From contig JBGATO010000063.1 of NCBI GenBank assembly GCA_044229145.1, positions 1 through 20,121 of the forward strand: DNA of 20,121 nt. Direction: 5' to 3'. The translations under genes and the position numbers were made by a program. The notes under the pieces are model-generated. The model had not been told where the DNA came from and ran no database searches. It saw only the letters and a list, made by a program, of their open reading frames with translations. This stretch comes from Candidatus Eiseniibacteriota bacterium. GTDB lineage: Bacteria > Eisenbacteria > RBG-16-71-46 > CAZEPH01. Positions 1 to 7,945 of the stretch are shown in pieces; the first letter of the stretch is position 1; the number at the start of each line of letters is the position of its first letter.

Positions 1-1
1 G

Positions 2-100
2 GAGGAAATCGCCGCGGTGGTGGCGTTCCTCGCGTCGCCCGACGCGGGATGGATCACCGGGCAGAGCATCGTCGCCGACGGCGGCTGGTCTCTGACCTAG
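2..100 (+). CDS. Short-chain dehydrogenase/reductase (FabG-like), 3' end only
   Basis: Frame from nt 2 reads [32 protein letters not shown], the typical SDR C-terminal FLAS...ITG...DGG signature; TAG at 98-100; truncated by the window edge. Confidence 0.9.
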   Translation, partial: EEIAAVVAFLASPDAGWITGQSIVADGGWSLT

Positions 101-110
101 CCGCGCGCAC

Positions 111-3100
111 TCAGCGCAGCCACACCACGCGCGCGGTCGCCCGCACGCGATCGTCCGCGCGCAATCGCAGCCAGTAGACGCCCGGCGCCAGTGCACGGCC
201 CGCCGCATCGCGGACGCTCCACGCCACCTCGCCCTCGCGCGCGCCTCCAACCTCGCCGAGCGCCGTGGTCGCGATCCGCCGCCCGCCGGCGGAGAACACG
301 TCGACCTGCACCACACGCGGTGGCTCCGGCACGCTCCAGCGCACGTGCAACATACCGCCCGCCGCGGACGCGCGCAGGCGCGCCTCCGGCGGGGTGAACG
401 CCGCCTGCGTCGACCGCCCGCCGCCCGCCACCGCGAACGTCGTGTCGAACGGCCCTTCGACGATCACCGGTTCGTCGGTCACCGTCAGGCTGGCATATCC
501 TTGGACGAACGGAATGAACTCCGTCACGGCCTCATCCGCGGTCAGGCCAGCCGCCACGACTGGATGTGTCACCCGCAACGTGGTGGAGAACGCACCCGGC
601 GTCCACCCGTGCATGCGATAGGTCACCGTCCGCGTTCCCGTCCCCGCCCACACGATGTCGACCGGCCCGTGTGTGGTGGCGAAGCGCATGCGATACAACG
701 AATCGGGTGCGAATCCCGAGATGCGCGGACTGAGATCGCGCGCCGAGGTGAAATCGGCGATGTGCTGCGTGAGCACGCGGAAGCTCTCGTACGACGGCTT
801 GGTGCACGCCGAGCCGTCGCAGAAGAGGCCGTACGAGGTCAGCGGAATGTTGTCGTAGCCGGGCGCATCGTCCCAATTGCCTGACGTCGGCTGCAAATAG
901 GGGAACGTGTAGCGTTCCGCGCCGTTGGCCAGCGCCTCGGCGAACAGCTCGAACACCATGTAGGCATTGAGCGTGTCGGTATAGCCTTGATCGCGCGACA
1001 CGTACGGCCCGCCGCCCTCGAAGCACCACACCGGCGCCGGCTGCGCCATGAGGCTGCGCACCCACGCGAGCTTGCCTTGCAGCACGTTCGTCGTCTCGTA
1101 CGAGTGCAGGTCGACGACGTCGTAGTCGCACTGTGCGAGCAGCGTGGCGGTGCGGGCGACGAACGCGGCCAGGCTGTCCTCGCGGATCCACAAGAACGAC
1201 GGCGGCGCCTGCTTCACGAAGCCCGCGTACCACGCCGCGTTCCACGCCTGATCGCTCGAGATCCCCATGAGCACCACTTGCGCTTGCGGATCGGCGTCCC
1301 GGATCACCGCGGCAGTCTGGTTGAAGTGCGCGACGTAGTTGGCGTCGGTGTCCACCCAGAACGTGCCTTCTTCCTCGATGTGCCAGGTGTGCACAGGACA
1401 CGGCAGGCCCGGCATGTCGTCGATGCCGTCGCCGTCGTAGCGTTCGACGACGGTGCGGACGATGCTGTCCCATTGCGCTTGGTCTGCCGGCTTGCGCGAC
1501 AGATAGCGGTTTCCGGCGCTGAGCGAATCGGCGGCGATCAAGTTGAACACCATTTGCGTGCCCGCCGCGCAGGTCGACGAATCCGTGAGATCGGCATCCA
1601 CCTGCCAGTCGTAGACGTCGAGCAGCGGCCGGATGTCGCGATATGTCCACGACGCGCCGAGGTAATTCATGCGCAGCGCCGCCAGCGAGATCGTCTGATT
1701 GCGGAAGGTGCCGAAGAAATGCTCGGGCAGTTGCCGCAGCACGGTGATGGTGAACACCTCGCTCGCCCACGCGCCCCACGGATCGGTGAGGCGGATCTCG
1801 ACGCTGTTGTAGGTGCCCGCTTGCCCGTACGCCGGGCGCCACGTGAGGACACCGGTGACCGGATCCACGGCGGCGCCGGCCGGCAAGTTCGCGCCGGACC
1901 ACGTCACCGTCTGCGTCGAATCGGGATCGTGGCCGGACGGCACCACGGTGAGCAGCGTGTTCTCCGCCACCGTCTGCTTGTCGAGCGGATCGAGCAACGG
2001 CGTCGCATTCGAGTCGATGACGGTCACGCTGAACAGCGTGAAGTTCTCGGCGCCGTAGGGGTCGCGCGCATACACGCGAATCGAGTCGTAGTCATTGCCG
2101 GCTTCGGTGAACTGGATGGTCCACGCGAAGGCCCCGGTGAGCGAGTCGAGTGTCGCAAGCGGCGGCATCTTCTTGCCGGTCCACTTGAGGCTGTCGCCGT
2201 CGGGGTCGCTGCCCGACGCGGTGAACGACAGCGTGCTCCCCTCGTGCAAGGTGAAGTCGGGGATATGGCTCACGCTGGGCGCCCGGTTCACCGCGCGCAC
2301 CGTGATGTTGAAGACGCTGCTGGCGGCGCCGCCCTTCGCATCGGTCGCCTTGAGCGCGATGTTGCTGTACGTGCCGATCTGTCCGACGCTCGGCGTCCAC
2401 GAGAACACGCCGGTGATGGCGTTGACGCTCGCGCCGGACGGCAGGCGCTGCCCGCTCCAGACCACTGTGTCGCCGTCCGGGTCGCTCACCGTCGCCGAGA
2501 GCCGCAGCTGATAGCCGGGCATCACCGAGCGGTTGGCGATCGGCCCCACTACCGGCAGCCGGTTCACATCGTTGACGACGACCTTGAACGTCGCCGTCAC
2601 CACGCCTCCCTGCCCGTCGCTGCACACCAGGCCGACGCCGTTGTACGTGCCCGCCCGTGTGTAGTCCGGTGCCCAATTCCACGCACCGGTGTTCTGGTCC
2701 ACGGTGCCGCCCGGCAACGTGGTATCGCCCCACCAGTGGAGCACATCGCCGTCCGGATCCGACGCGCTCGGTGTCACCACCAGCGCCGCCGCCTCATTCA
2801 CCGTCTGCGTCGGGATGGTGGCGACGGTCGGCGGCCGGTTCACGTTGATCACGCCGATCGACAGGCTCACCGCGGCCTCGCCGCCGTGCCCGTCGGCGGC
2901 GGTGAGCACGATGCCGTTGTAGAGGCCGGACTGCGTGAAGCCGGGTGTCCAGGTCAGCGCGCCGCTGCCGGCGTTGACGCTCGCGCCGCTCGGCAGGCCG
3001 CTGCCGGTCCACGTCAACACGTCGCCGTCGGGGTCCGAGGCAACCGGCGCGACGAGGAGCGTCTGGTTCTCGCTCACTTGCTGCGGCGGGATCGGCTGGA

Positions 3101-3209
3101 TCGCCGGCGGTTGATTGGCGTGCGCGGTGGCCGCAGCCGCGAGAACGCCGCACGCCGACCAGGCGCGCATGCGATGCAAGGCGGCGGAAATGTCCCGGCA
3201 GAAGGACAT
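111..3209 (-). CDS. Secreted multidomain protein: signal peptide, 5 Ig/cadherin-like (He_PIG-type) repeats, clan GH-A (GH39-like) catalytic domain, FlgD-like Ig C-terminal domain
   Basis: Signal-like ..CGVLAAAATAHA; five ~92-aa repeats beginning NQPP/NRPP/NRLP/NRAP/NATP, with SDPDGD and LPxGA..TG...WxP motifs; catalytic-like ERYDGDGIDDMPGL..WHIEEE, DVVDLHSY, PVWCFEGG; tail VDVFSAGGRRI..WSVRDAAGRALAPGVYWLRL. Start set at ATG 3209 (GGAGA upstream); ATG 3170 is an alternative. Confidence 0.8.
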   Translation of the reverse strand: MSFCRDISAALHRMRAWSACGVLAAAATAHANQPPAIQPIPPQQVSENQTLLVAPVASDPDGDVLTWTGSGLPSGASVNAGSGALTWTPGFTQSGLYNGIVLTAADGHGGEAAVSLSIGVINVNRPPTVATIPTQTVNEAAALVVTPSASDPDGDVLHWWGDTTLPGGTVDQNTGAWNWAPDYTRAGTYNGVGLVCSDGQGGVVTATFKVVVNDVNRLPVVGPIANRSVMPGYQLRLSATVSDPDGDTVVWSGQRLPSGASVNAITGVFSWTPSVGQIGTYSNIALKATDAKGGAASSVFNITVRAVNRAPSVSHIPDFTLHEGSTLSFTASGSDPDGDSLKWTGKKMPPLATLDSLTGAFAWTIQFTEAGNDYDSIRVYARDPYGAENFTLFSVTVIDSNATPLLDPLDKQTVAENTLLTVVPSGHDPDSTQTVTWSGANLPAGAAVDPVTGVLTWRPAYGQAGTYNSVEIRLTDPWGAWASEVFTITVLRQLPEHFFGTFRNQTISLAALRMNYLGASWTYRDIRPLLDVYDWQVDADLTDSSTCAAGTQMVFNLIAADSLSAGNRYLSRKPADQAQWDSIVRTVVERYDGDGIDDMPGLPCPVHTWHIEEEGTFWVDTDANYVAHFNQTAAVIRDADPQAQVVLMGISSDQAWNAAWYAGFVKQAPPSFLWIREDSLAAFVARTATLLAQCDYDVVDLHSYETTNVLQGKLAWVRSLMAQPAPVWCFEGGGPYVSRDQGYTDTLNAYMVFELFAEALANGAERYTFPYLQPTSGNWDDAPGYDNIPLTSYGLFCDGSACTKPSYESFRVLTQHIADFTSARDLSPRISGFAPDSLYRMRFATTHGPVDIVWAGTGTRTVTYRMHGWTPGAFSTTLRVTHPVVAAGLTADEAVTEFIPFVQGYASLTVTDEPVIVEGPFDTTFAVAGGGRSTQAAFTPPEARLRASAAGGMLHVRWSVPEPPRVVQVDVFSAGGRRIATTALGEVGGAREGEVAWSVRDAAGRALAPGVYWLRLRADDRVRATARVVWLR
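1740..3116 (-). repeat. Five tandem intragenic Ig/cadherin-like domain repeats (~276 nt each)
   Basis: Repeated protein motif N.xP....I...TV.E...L....SASDPDGD.L.W.G..LP.GA.V...TG...W.P....G.Y..I...A.D..G in the translation; boundaries approximate. Confidence 0.85.
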
Positions 3210-3321
3210 GCGGCGTGGAGTCTCCGGCACGGCGGGAATCGCGGGGCGTCGCGCGCGTGCGCGGACGTCGGGGAGTGGCGAGGGGCACGCCGCCGGCAGA
3301 CGGCGCACGCGTCAACCGTAG

Positions 3322-3349
3322 CAACTCAGGGGCGCAGGCGTCCAGTTCC
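3322..3349 (-). promoter_or_regulatory. Putative ECF sigma promoter (GGAAC-N19-GTTG) for the large secreted protein
   Basis: Minus strand aGGAACtggacgcctgcgcccctgaGTTG, ~110 nt upstream of ATG 3209 and just downstream of the thiC hairpin. Confidence 0.5.
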
Positions 3350-3381
3350 TTGGCCGCGCCGCGACATCGCCGCCCGCGCCA

Positions 3382-3412
3382 CGGCCCGGTCCGCGCGAGG
3401 CGAACCGGGCCG
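3382..3412 (-). terminator. Hairpin downstream of thiC, possible terminator
   Basis: 13-bp stem on the minus strand (one G-U pair) with a 5-nt loop, ~20 nt after the thiC stop; no U-tract. Confidence 0.5.
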
Positions 3413-3433
3413 GGACGACGCGTCAAGCGACAG

Positions 3434-4846
3434 CTACGAGGGCGAGCCGGTCTCGGCCAGCGTCGGCTGCACCAGCGCCGGCGCCTCCGCAGTGTCCTCG
3501 CACCAGTCCTCGATGTGACTGCTCACCTTCATCGAGCAGAACTTCGGACCGCACATCGAGCAGAACTCCGCCTTCTTGAAGACATCGTGCGGGAGCGTTT
3601 CGTCGTGCATCTCGCGCGCGCGCTCGGGGTCGAGCGACAACGCGAACTGCTGTTCCCAGTCGAACTTGAACCGCGCCCGGCTGAGCTGGTCGTCGCGGTC
3701 GCGCGCGCCCTTGCGGCCCCGCGCCACATCGCTGGCGTGCGCGGCGATCTTGTAGGCGATGACACCCTGCCGCACATCCTCGGCGTTCGGCAGGCCGAGG
3801 TGTTCCTTCGGCGTCACGTAGCACAGCATCGACGCGCCGGCGTAGCCCGCCATCGTCGCGCCGATCGCGCTCGTGATGTGGTCGTAGCCCGGCGCGATGT
3901 CGGTGACCAGCGGACCGAGCACGTAGAACGGCGCCTCGTGGCAAATCTCCTGCTCGAGCTCGACGTTGCGGCGGATCTGATCCATCGGCACGTGGCCAGG
4001 CCCTTCGATCATCACCTGGACGTTCTTCTCCCAGGCGCGCAGCGTGAGTTCGCCGAGCGTCCGCAGTTCGGCGAACTGCGCCTCGTCGCTGGAATCGGCG
4101 AGACAGCCCGGGCGCAGACCGTCGCCGAGCGAGATCGTCACGTCGTACTTCGCCAGGATGTCCATGATTTCGTCGAAGTGCGTGTAGAGCGGGTTCTGCT
4201 GCTTGTGCTTGCTCATCCACGCGGCGAGCAGCGCGCCGCCGCGCGACACGATGCCGGTGACGCGGTTCTTACACAGCGGCAGGTGCTCGCGCAGGATGCC
4301 GCAGTGCAGCGTCATGTAGTCGACGCCCTGCTGCGCCTGGTACTCGATCACGCGGAGGAAGTCGTCGATGGTGAAGTCTTCCGCCTTCTTCATCTCCTGC
4401 ACGACCTGGTAGATGGGCACGGTGCCGATCGGCACAGTGGAGGCGTCGAGGATCGAGTCGCGGATCGCGTTGAGGTTGCCGCCGGTCGACAAGTCCATGA
4501 CGGTGTCGGCACCGAAGTGGACGGCGGTGTGCAGCTTGGCGACTTCCTCGTCGATCTGCGACGTCACGGCGGAGTTGCCGATGTTGGCGTTGATCTTCAC
4601 CGTGCAGACGGTGCCGATGCCCATGACGTCGAGCTGCTTGGCGAGGTGGTTGACGTTCGCCGGGATCACCAGGCGGCCGCGCGCGATCTCGGCGCGGATG
4701 TGCTCAGGCTCCAGGCCCTCGCGCTCGGCGACGCGGCGCATCTGGTCGGTGATCACCCCTTGGCGCGCCCACGCGAGCTGCGTCATGCCGAGGTGCGGGG
4801 CGGAACCGGAGCCGTTCGCGGCGCCGGCGGGGGCAGTGCTGGACAT
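3434..4846 (-). CDS. thiC: Phosphomethylpyrimidine synthase ThiC
   Basis: [58 protein letters not shown] and the C-terminal CSMCGPKFC (CX2CX4C); ATG 4846 preceded by a strong AGGAGG. Confidence 0.98.
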   Translation of the reverse strand: MSSTAPAGAANGSGSAPHLGMTQLAWARQGVITDQMRRVAEREGLEPEHIRAEIARGRLVIPANVNHLAKQLDVMGIGTVCTVKINANIGNSAVTSQIDEEVAKLHTAVHFGADTVMDLSTGGNLNAIRDSILDASTVPIGTVPIYQVVQEMKKAEDFTIDDFLRVIEYQAQQGVDYMTLHCGILREHLPLCKNRVTGIVSRGGALLAAWMSKHKQQNPLYTHFDEIMDILAKYDVTISLGDGLRPGCLADSSDEAQFAELRTLGELTLRAWEKNVQVMIEGPGHVPMDQIRRNVELEQEICHEAPFYVLGPLVTDIAPGYDHITSAIGATMAGYAGASMLCYVTPKEHLGLPNAEDVRQGVIAYKIAAHASDVARGRKGARDRDDQLSRARFKFDWEQQFALSLDPERAREMHDETLPHDVFKKAEFCSMCGPKFCSMKVSSHIEDWCEDTAEAPALVQPTLAETGSPS

Positions 4847-4915
4847 GAGGCTCCTCCTCGGGGATCCGCGCGCGGCGCGGGCCGCGCGGGCAGTGCATCG
4901 AGACGGTAGGCGGCG

Positions 4916-4945
4916 AGTATAGGCACGCCCCCGGCGCCGCGACAA
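4916..4945 (-). promoter_or_regulatory. Putative sigma70 promoter of thiC (TTGTCG-N18-TATACT)
   Basis: Minus-strand TTGTCG at 4945-4940 and TATACT at 4921-4916, 70 nt upstream of the ATG; the AT-rich hexamer stands out in high-GC DNA. Confidence 0.6.
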
Positions 4946-4963
4946 GGCGGTGCCGGGGGCGTG
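4924..4963. repeat. 17-bp inverted repeat (1 mismatch, 6-nt loop); terminator of the anti-sigma gene and/or operator
   Basis: cacgcccccggcgccgc-gacaag-gcggtgccgggggcgtg. Confidence 0.75.
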
Positions 4964-4981
4964 GTCTCTGCGCGGGGGCGG

Positions 4982-5797
4982 CTAACTCGAGCTCTCGTCG
5001 AAGCCGGTTTGCACCCGGTGCGCCTGCTCGAGGAGTTCGTGGTCGGTGGACGGACACAGCAACACGCAGAACGATCCATGCTGGTTCCACGACACGATCG
5101 TGTGCCCGCGATAGCGCGCCACGTTGTAGAGCTTGCCGTGGTGCCGCACCGCTTCGCCCCAATCCCCGTGCTCGCACGCCGCGGGCATGACGAAGAACGA
5201 GAGCGGCCGTCCGTCCTCGTCGGTGAACGCGAAGTGCGCGGCGTCGGCTTCGCACACGCGGGCCACCCGGCCATGCAGGAAGTCGCCTTCGACTTGCGGT
5301 TCCTGCGCGAACCGGGAGTACGCGGCGACGCTGGTGCGCATCGATTCGTTCGCCTCGGCGATCGCCTGCGGCGCCGGCGGGGCCGACCCGCGCTGCGCGA
5401 GGTGTTCGGCCACCACGGTGCGCAAGCCGCCCGGCAGCAACAGGCCACTGGAACGCACGAACGCCGCCATCGCCACCAGCATGATCAGGGCGACGGCAAA
5501 GGCCGGCGTGCGCAGGAATCGCGGCAGCCACGCCACCGCTCCTCGCGCCGGCGCCGGAATCTCCACGGCCCCGCTGTCCTCGCACGACAACGCGGCGATA
5601 CGCGACCGCAAGGCCGTCGGCGCCGTGGGGCGCGGCGCCTGCCCGAGACGTCCGTGCACCGCATGCAGGTCGGCTGCCCACGCCGCGCACCCCGCGCAGG
5701 TCGCAAGGTGCTGATCGAGCGTCACCTGCTCCAGACGGGTCGCCTCGCCGTCCAGGGCCGCGCTCAGGGCTTCGCGAATGTCGTCACAACGGACCAC
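4982..5797 (-). CDS. Membrane-anchored zinc-binding anti-sigma factor (zf-HC2/ZAS, RsiW-like)
   Basis: N-terminal CDDIREALSAALDGE...HLATCAGC (HxxxCxxC), one TM helix AFAVALIMLVAMAAFV, extracytoplasmic C-terminal domain; GTG 5797 preceded by AGGAG. Confidence 0.88.
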   Translation of the reverse strand: MVRCDDIREALSAALDGEATRLEQVTLDQHLATCAGCAAWAADLHAVHGRLGQAPRPTAPTALRSRIAALSCEDSGAVEIPAPARGAVAWLPRFLRTPAFAVALIMLVAMAAFVRSSGLLLPGGLRTVVAEHLAQRGSAPPAPQAIAEANESMRTSVAAYSRFAQEPQVEGDFLHGRVARVCEADAAHFAFTDEDGRPLSFFVMPAACEHGDWGEAVRHHGKLYNVARYRGHTIVSWNQHGSFCVLLCPSTDHELLEQAHRVQTGFDESSS

Positions 5798-5820
5798 GCA
5801 CACTCCTCATTCCGAGGGGA

Positions 5821-5848
5821 CAACCGGCCGGCCGGCGCGTCGCGTTCC
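5821..5848 (-). promoter_or_regulatory. Putative ECF promoter, proximal copy (GGAAC-N19-GTTG)
   Basis: Minus strand gcGGAACgcgacgcgccggccggccgGTTG, ~24 nt before the start codon. Confidence 0.5.
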
Positions 5849-5878
5849 GCGCCTCCGGCCCACAGAGGGCCATGACGG

Positions 5879-5905
5879 CAACCGCCCGGCGGCGCGGAAA
5901 GTTCC
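5879..5905 (-). promoter_or_regulatory. Putative ECF promoter, distal copy (GGAACTT; GGAAC-N18-GTTG)
   Basis: Minus strand gcGGAACtttccgcgccgccgggcgGTTG immediately after the glcF stop; fits the SigR/SigH-type GGAA(T/C)-N18-GTT architecture. Confidence 0.65.
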
Positions 5906-5907
5906 GC

Positions 5908-7248
5908 TCAGCCGCGCGCGGCCGCCGCGTACGCCTCGGCCACCAATTCGACCGGATGGACGACGCGCGCCGGCAGACCCGCCTGTCGCACACCGCGCCC
6001 GATGTGCAGGAGGCACCCCGGATTCCCCACCGCCACCGCCTCCGGCCCGGCCGCCCGGACATCGGCGATCTTGTTGGCCAGCAAGCGCTCCCCGCGATCG
6101 GGCTGGCGAAGATTGTAAACGCCGCCGGAGCCGCAGCACCAGTCCGGGTGCGCCAGCTCGACCATGTCGACGTCCGGCAGCGCGGCGAGGAGCCGCCGCG
6201 GCGGCTGCCGCACCCGCTGCGCGTGGGCGAGGTGGCCGGGCTCTTGGTAGACGACGCGTACGCGCCGCCCGGTAGCCGCCGGCGGGCGCGCTTCCACGCG
6301 CGGCGCCAGGATTTCCGCGATATCGCGCACCCGGCCCGCGAACGCCGTCGCCCGCGCCGCCCACGCCGGATCGTCCCGGAGCAGGTGCCCGTAGTCCTTC
6401 ATCGCGGACCCGCAGCCGGCCGAGTTGGTGGCGATGAGGTCGACACCGGTGGCCTCGAAGGCGGCGATGGTGGCGCGGGCCAGCGCCCGTGCCTCGTCCA
6501 GGCGGCCGGCGTGCTGATGCAGCGCCCCGCAGCAGACGCCGGTCGCCGGCTCGACCACGCGCAGGCCGACGGCGGCGCAGGCGCTCCGGGTGGCCGCGTG
6601 GACGCCCGGCAGGGCAAGGTCCATGGCGCAGGTGCGCAGCAGTCCGATGACCGGCGCGTCGGCGGGTAGCGGCGGCGCCACGCGCAGCGCCGGCGCGACG
6701 CCGATCGACTCGGGCAGCATCTCTTCGGCGATCCGCAGCGGACGCGGCAGCACGCGCAACAGCCCGCTCGCCCGCGCCAGACGCCGCAGGCCGCTGCGCA
6801 CGTAAAGGTGCGTCAGCACGGTGGCCACGCGCAGCCAGCGCGGCCGCGCCAGCACCGCATGCCCGGCGTCGTCGGCCAGCTGCTGCCACCACGGCCTCCG
6901 GACGCGGGCACCGATCTCGGCACGCGTCGCCTCGAGCAGGTGGCCGTAGTCGACACCGGCCGGACACACGGTCTCGCAGGCGCGGCAGCCGATGCAGCTG
7001 TCGATGTGCCGGACGACGTCGGGGGTGAAGTCGAGGCGGCCTTCCTGCACCGCGCGCATCAGGTAGACGCGACCGCGCGGCGAGTCGCCTTCGTGGCGGG
7101 TGTCGCGGTAGGTGGGACAGGCGTTGAGGCACAGTCCGCAGTGCACGCACGAGAGCAGTGCGGCGCGGGCCGGTGCCTCGGCGGTGCGGAACCCGCCGCG
7201 CGCACCCGGCGCGGGGGCGGCGGCGGGCGCGGCGGGCGGAACGGTCAT
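5908..7248 (-). CDS. glcF: Glycolate oxidase iron-sulfur subunit GlcF
   Basis: Two CxxCxxCxxxCP motifs (CVHCGLCLNACP, CIGCRACETVCP), SPRGR, two CCG domains (CCGALH, CCGSGG), NSAGCG, NPGC; clustered with glcD/glcE. Confidence 0.92.
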   Translation of the reverse strand: MTVPPAAPAAAPAPGARGGFRTAEAPARAALLSCVHCGLCLNACPTYRDTRHEGDSPRGRVYLMRAVQEGRLDFTPDVVRHIDSCIGCRACETVCPAGVDYGHLLEATRAEIGARVRRPWWQQLADDAGHAVLARPRWLRVATVLTHLYVRSGLRRLARASGLLRVLPRPLRIAEEMLPESIGVAPALRVAPPLPADAPVIGLLRTCAMDLALPGVHAATRSACAAVGLRVVEPATGVCCGALHQHAGRLDEARALARATIAAFEATGVDLIATNSAGCGSAMKDYGHLLRDDPAWAARATAFAGRVRDIAEILAPRVEARPPAATGRRVRVVYQEPGHLAHAQRVRQPPRRLLAALPDVDMVELAHPDWCCGSGGVYNLRQPDRGERLLANKIADVRAAGPEAVAVGNPGCLLHIGRGVRQAGLPARVVHPVELVAEAYAAAARG

Positions 7249-7257
7249 GCCGTCGGC

Positions 7258-7773
7258 TTATTCGTCGCCGAGGGCGAAGTATCCGTCGAGCAGCGGCTTG
7301 ATCGCCGCGTCGAGCGTCTCGGCGAACGCGGGGTCGAAGCGCGACGACGCCTCCACCGCCGATTCGAGGTAGAACAGCATCTCGGTGAGGTAGCCCTCGC
7401 CGAGCCCGTTGAAGACGTTGTGCAGCAACTCGAGCCGCATGTTGGCGTAGCGCTCGTCCTCACTGTCGAACGCGGTGAGCAGCGTCTCGACGACTTCGCC
7501 AGCCGAGCGCACCAGCGCGGTGTCGGAGGCGGTCTCGGTCATCTCGGCGGCGGTGGCGTGCGGTCCGAACTTCGCCGTGAGGTCGTCGAGCGACGCGCCG
7601 CACTCGAACAGGTAGATGTCGAGTTGCTCGGAGCGATCGCGACGAATGGTGGCGAACGCCGCGCACGTCCCGGCCGCCTTGAGGGCGCGGGCGACGGCGC
7701 GCTTCTGGGTCTGCAGCGCGGCGCAGACATCGGGGTCGGCACTCTGTGTGGCGACGACGACGGTGTAGTTCAC
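7258..7773 (-). CDS. Hypothetical protein (171 aa, acidic, helical C-terminal half)
   Basis: Natural amino-acid composition and GC3-rich codons; GTG 7773 preceded by AGAGGA; stop 9 nt before the glcF start. No family recognised. Confidence 0.75.
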   Translation of the reverse strand: MNYTVVVATQSADPDVCAALQTQKRAVARALKAAGTCAAFATIRRDRSEQLDIYLFECGASLDDLTAKFGPHATAAEMTETASDTALVRSAGEVVETLLTAFDSEDERYANMRLELLHNVFNGLGEGYLTEMLFYLESAVEASSRFDPAFAETLDAAIKPLLDGYFALGDE

Positions 7774-7884
7774 GAGGGTCCTCTCTCTGGCGCGTCGCGC
7801 GGCGACGCAGGGCCGGACGCCGCGAGGCGTCCCCGGGAGCGTGCCCCGCATGCACGCGGGACGCACCTCCCCTCAAAGGGCGGC

Positions 7885-7890
7885 AGTATA
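7885..7890 (-). promoter_or_regulatory. Possible -10 element (TATACT) for the hypothetical gene and glcF
   Basis: Minus-strand TATACT in the 172-nt gap after glcE; no good -35. Confidence 0.35.
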
Positions 7891-7945
7891 GCCGACCAGC
7901 GCGATGCCCGGCAGCGCCATCGCGGCCGGCGCGGTCCCGGGGCGA

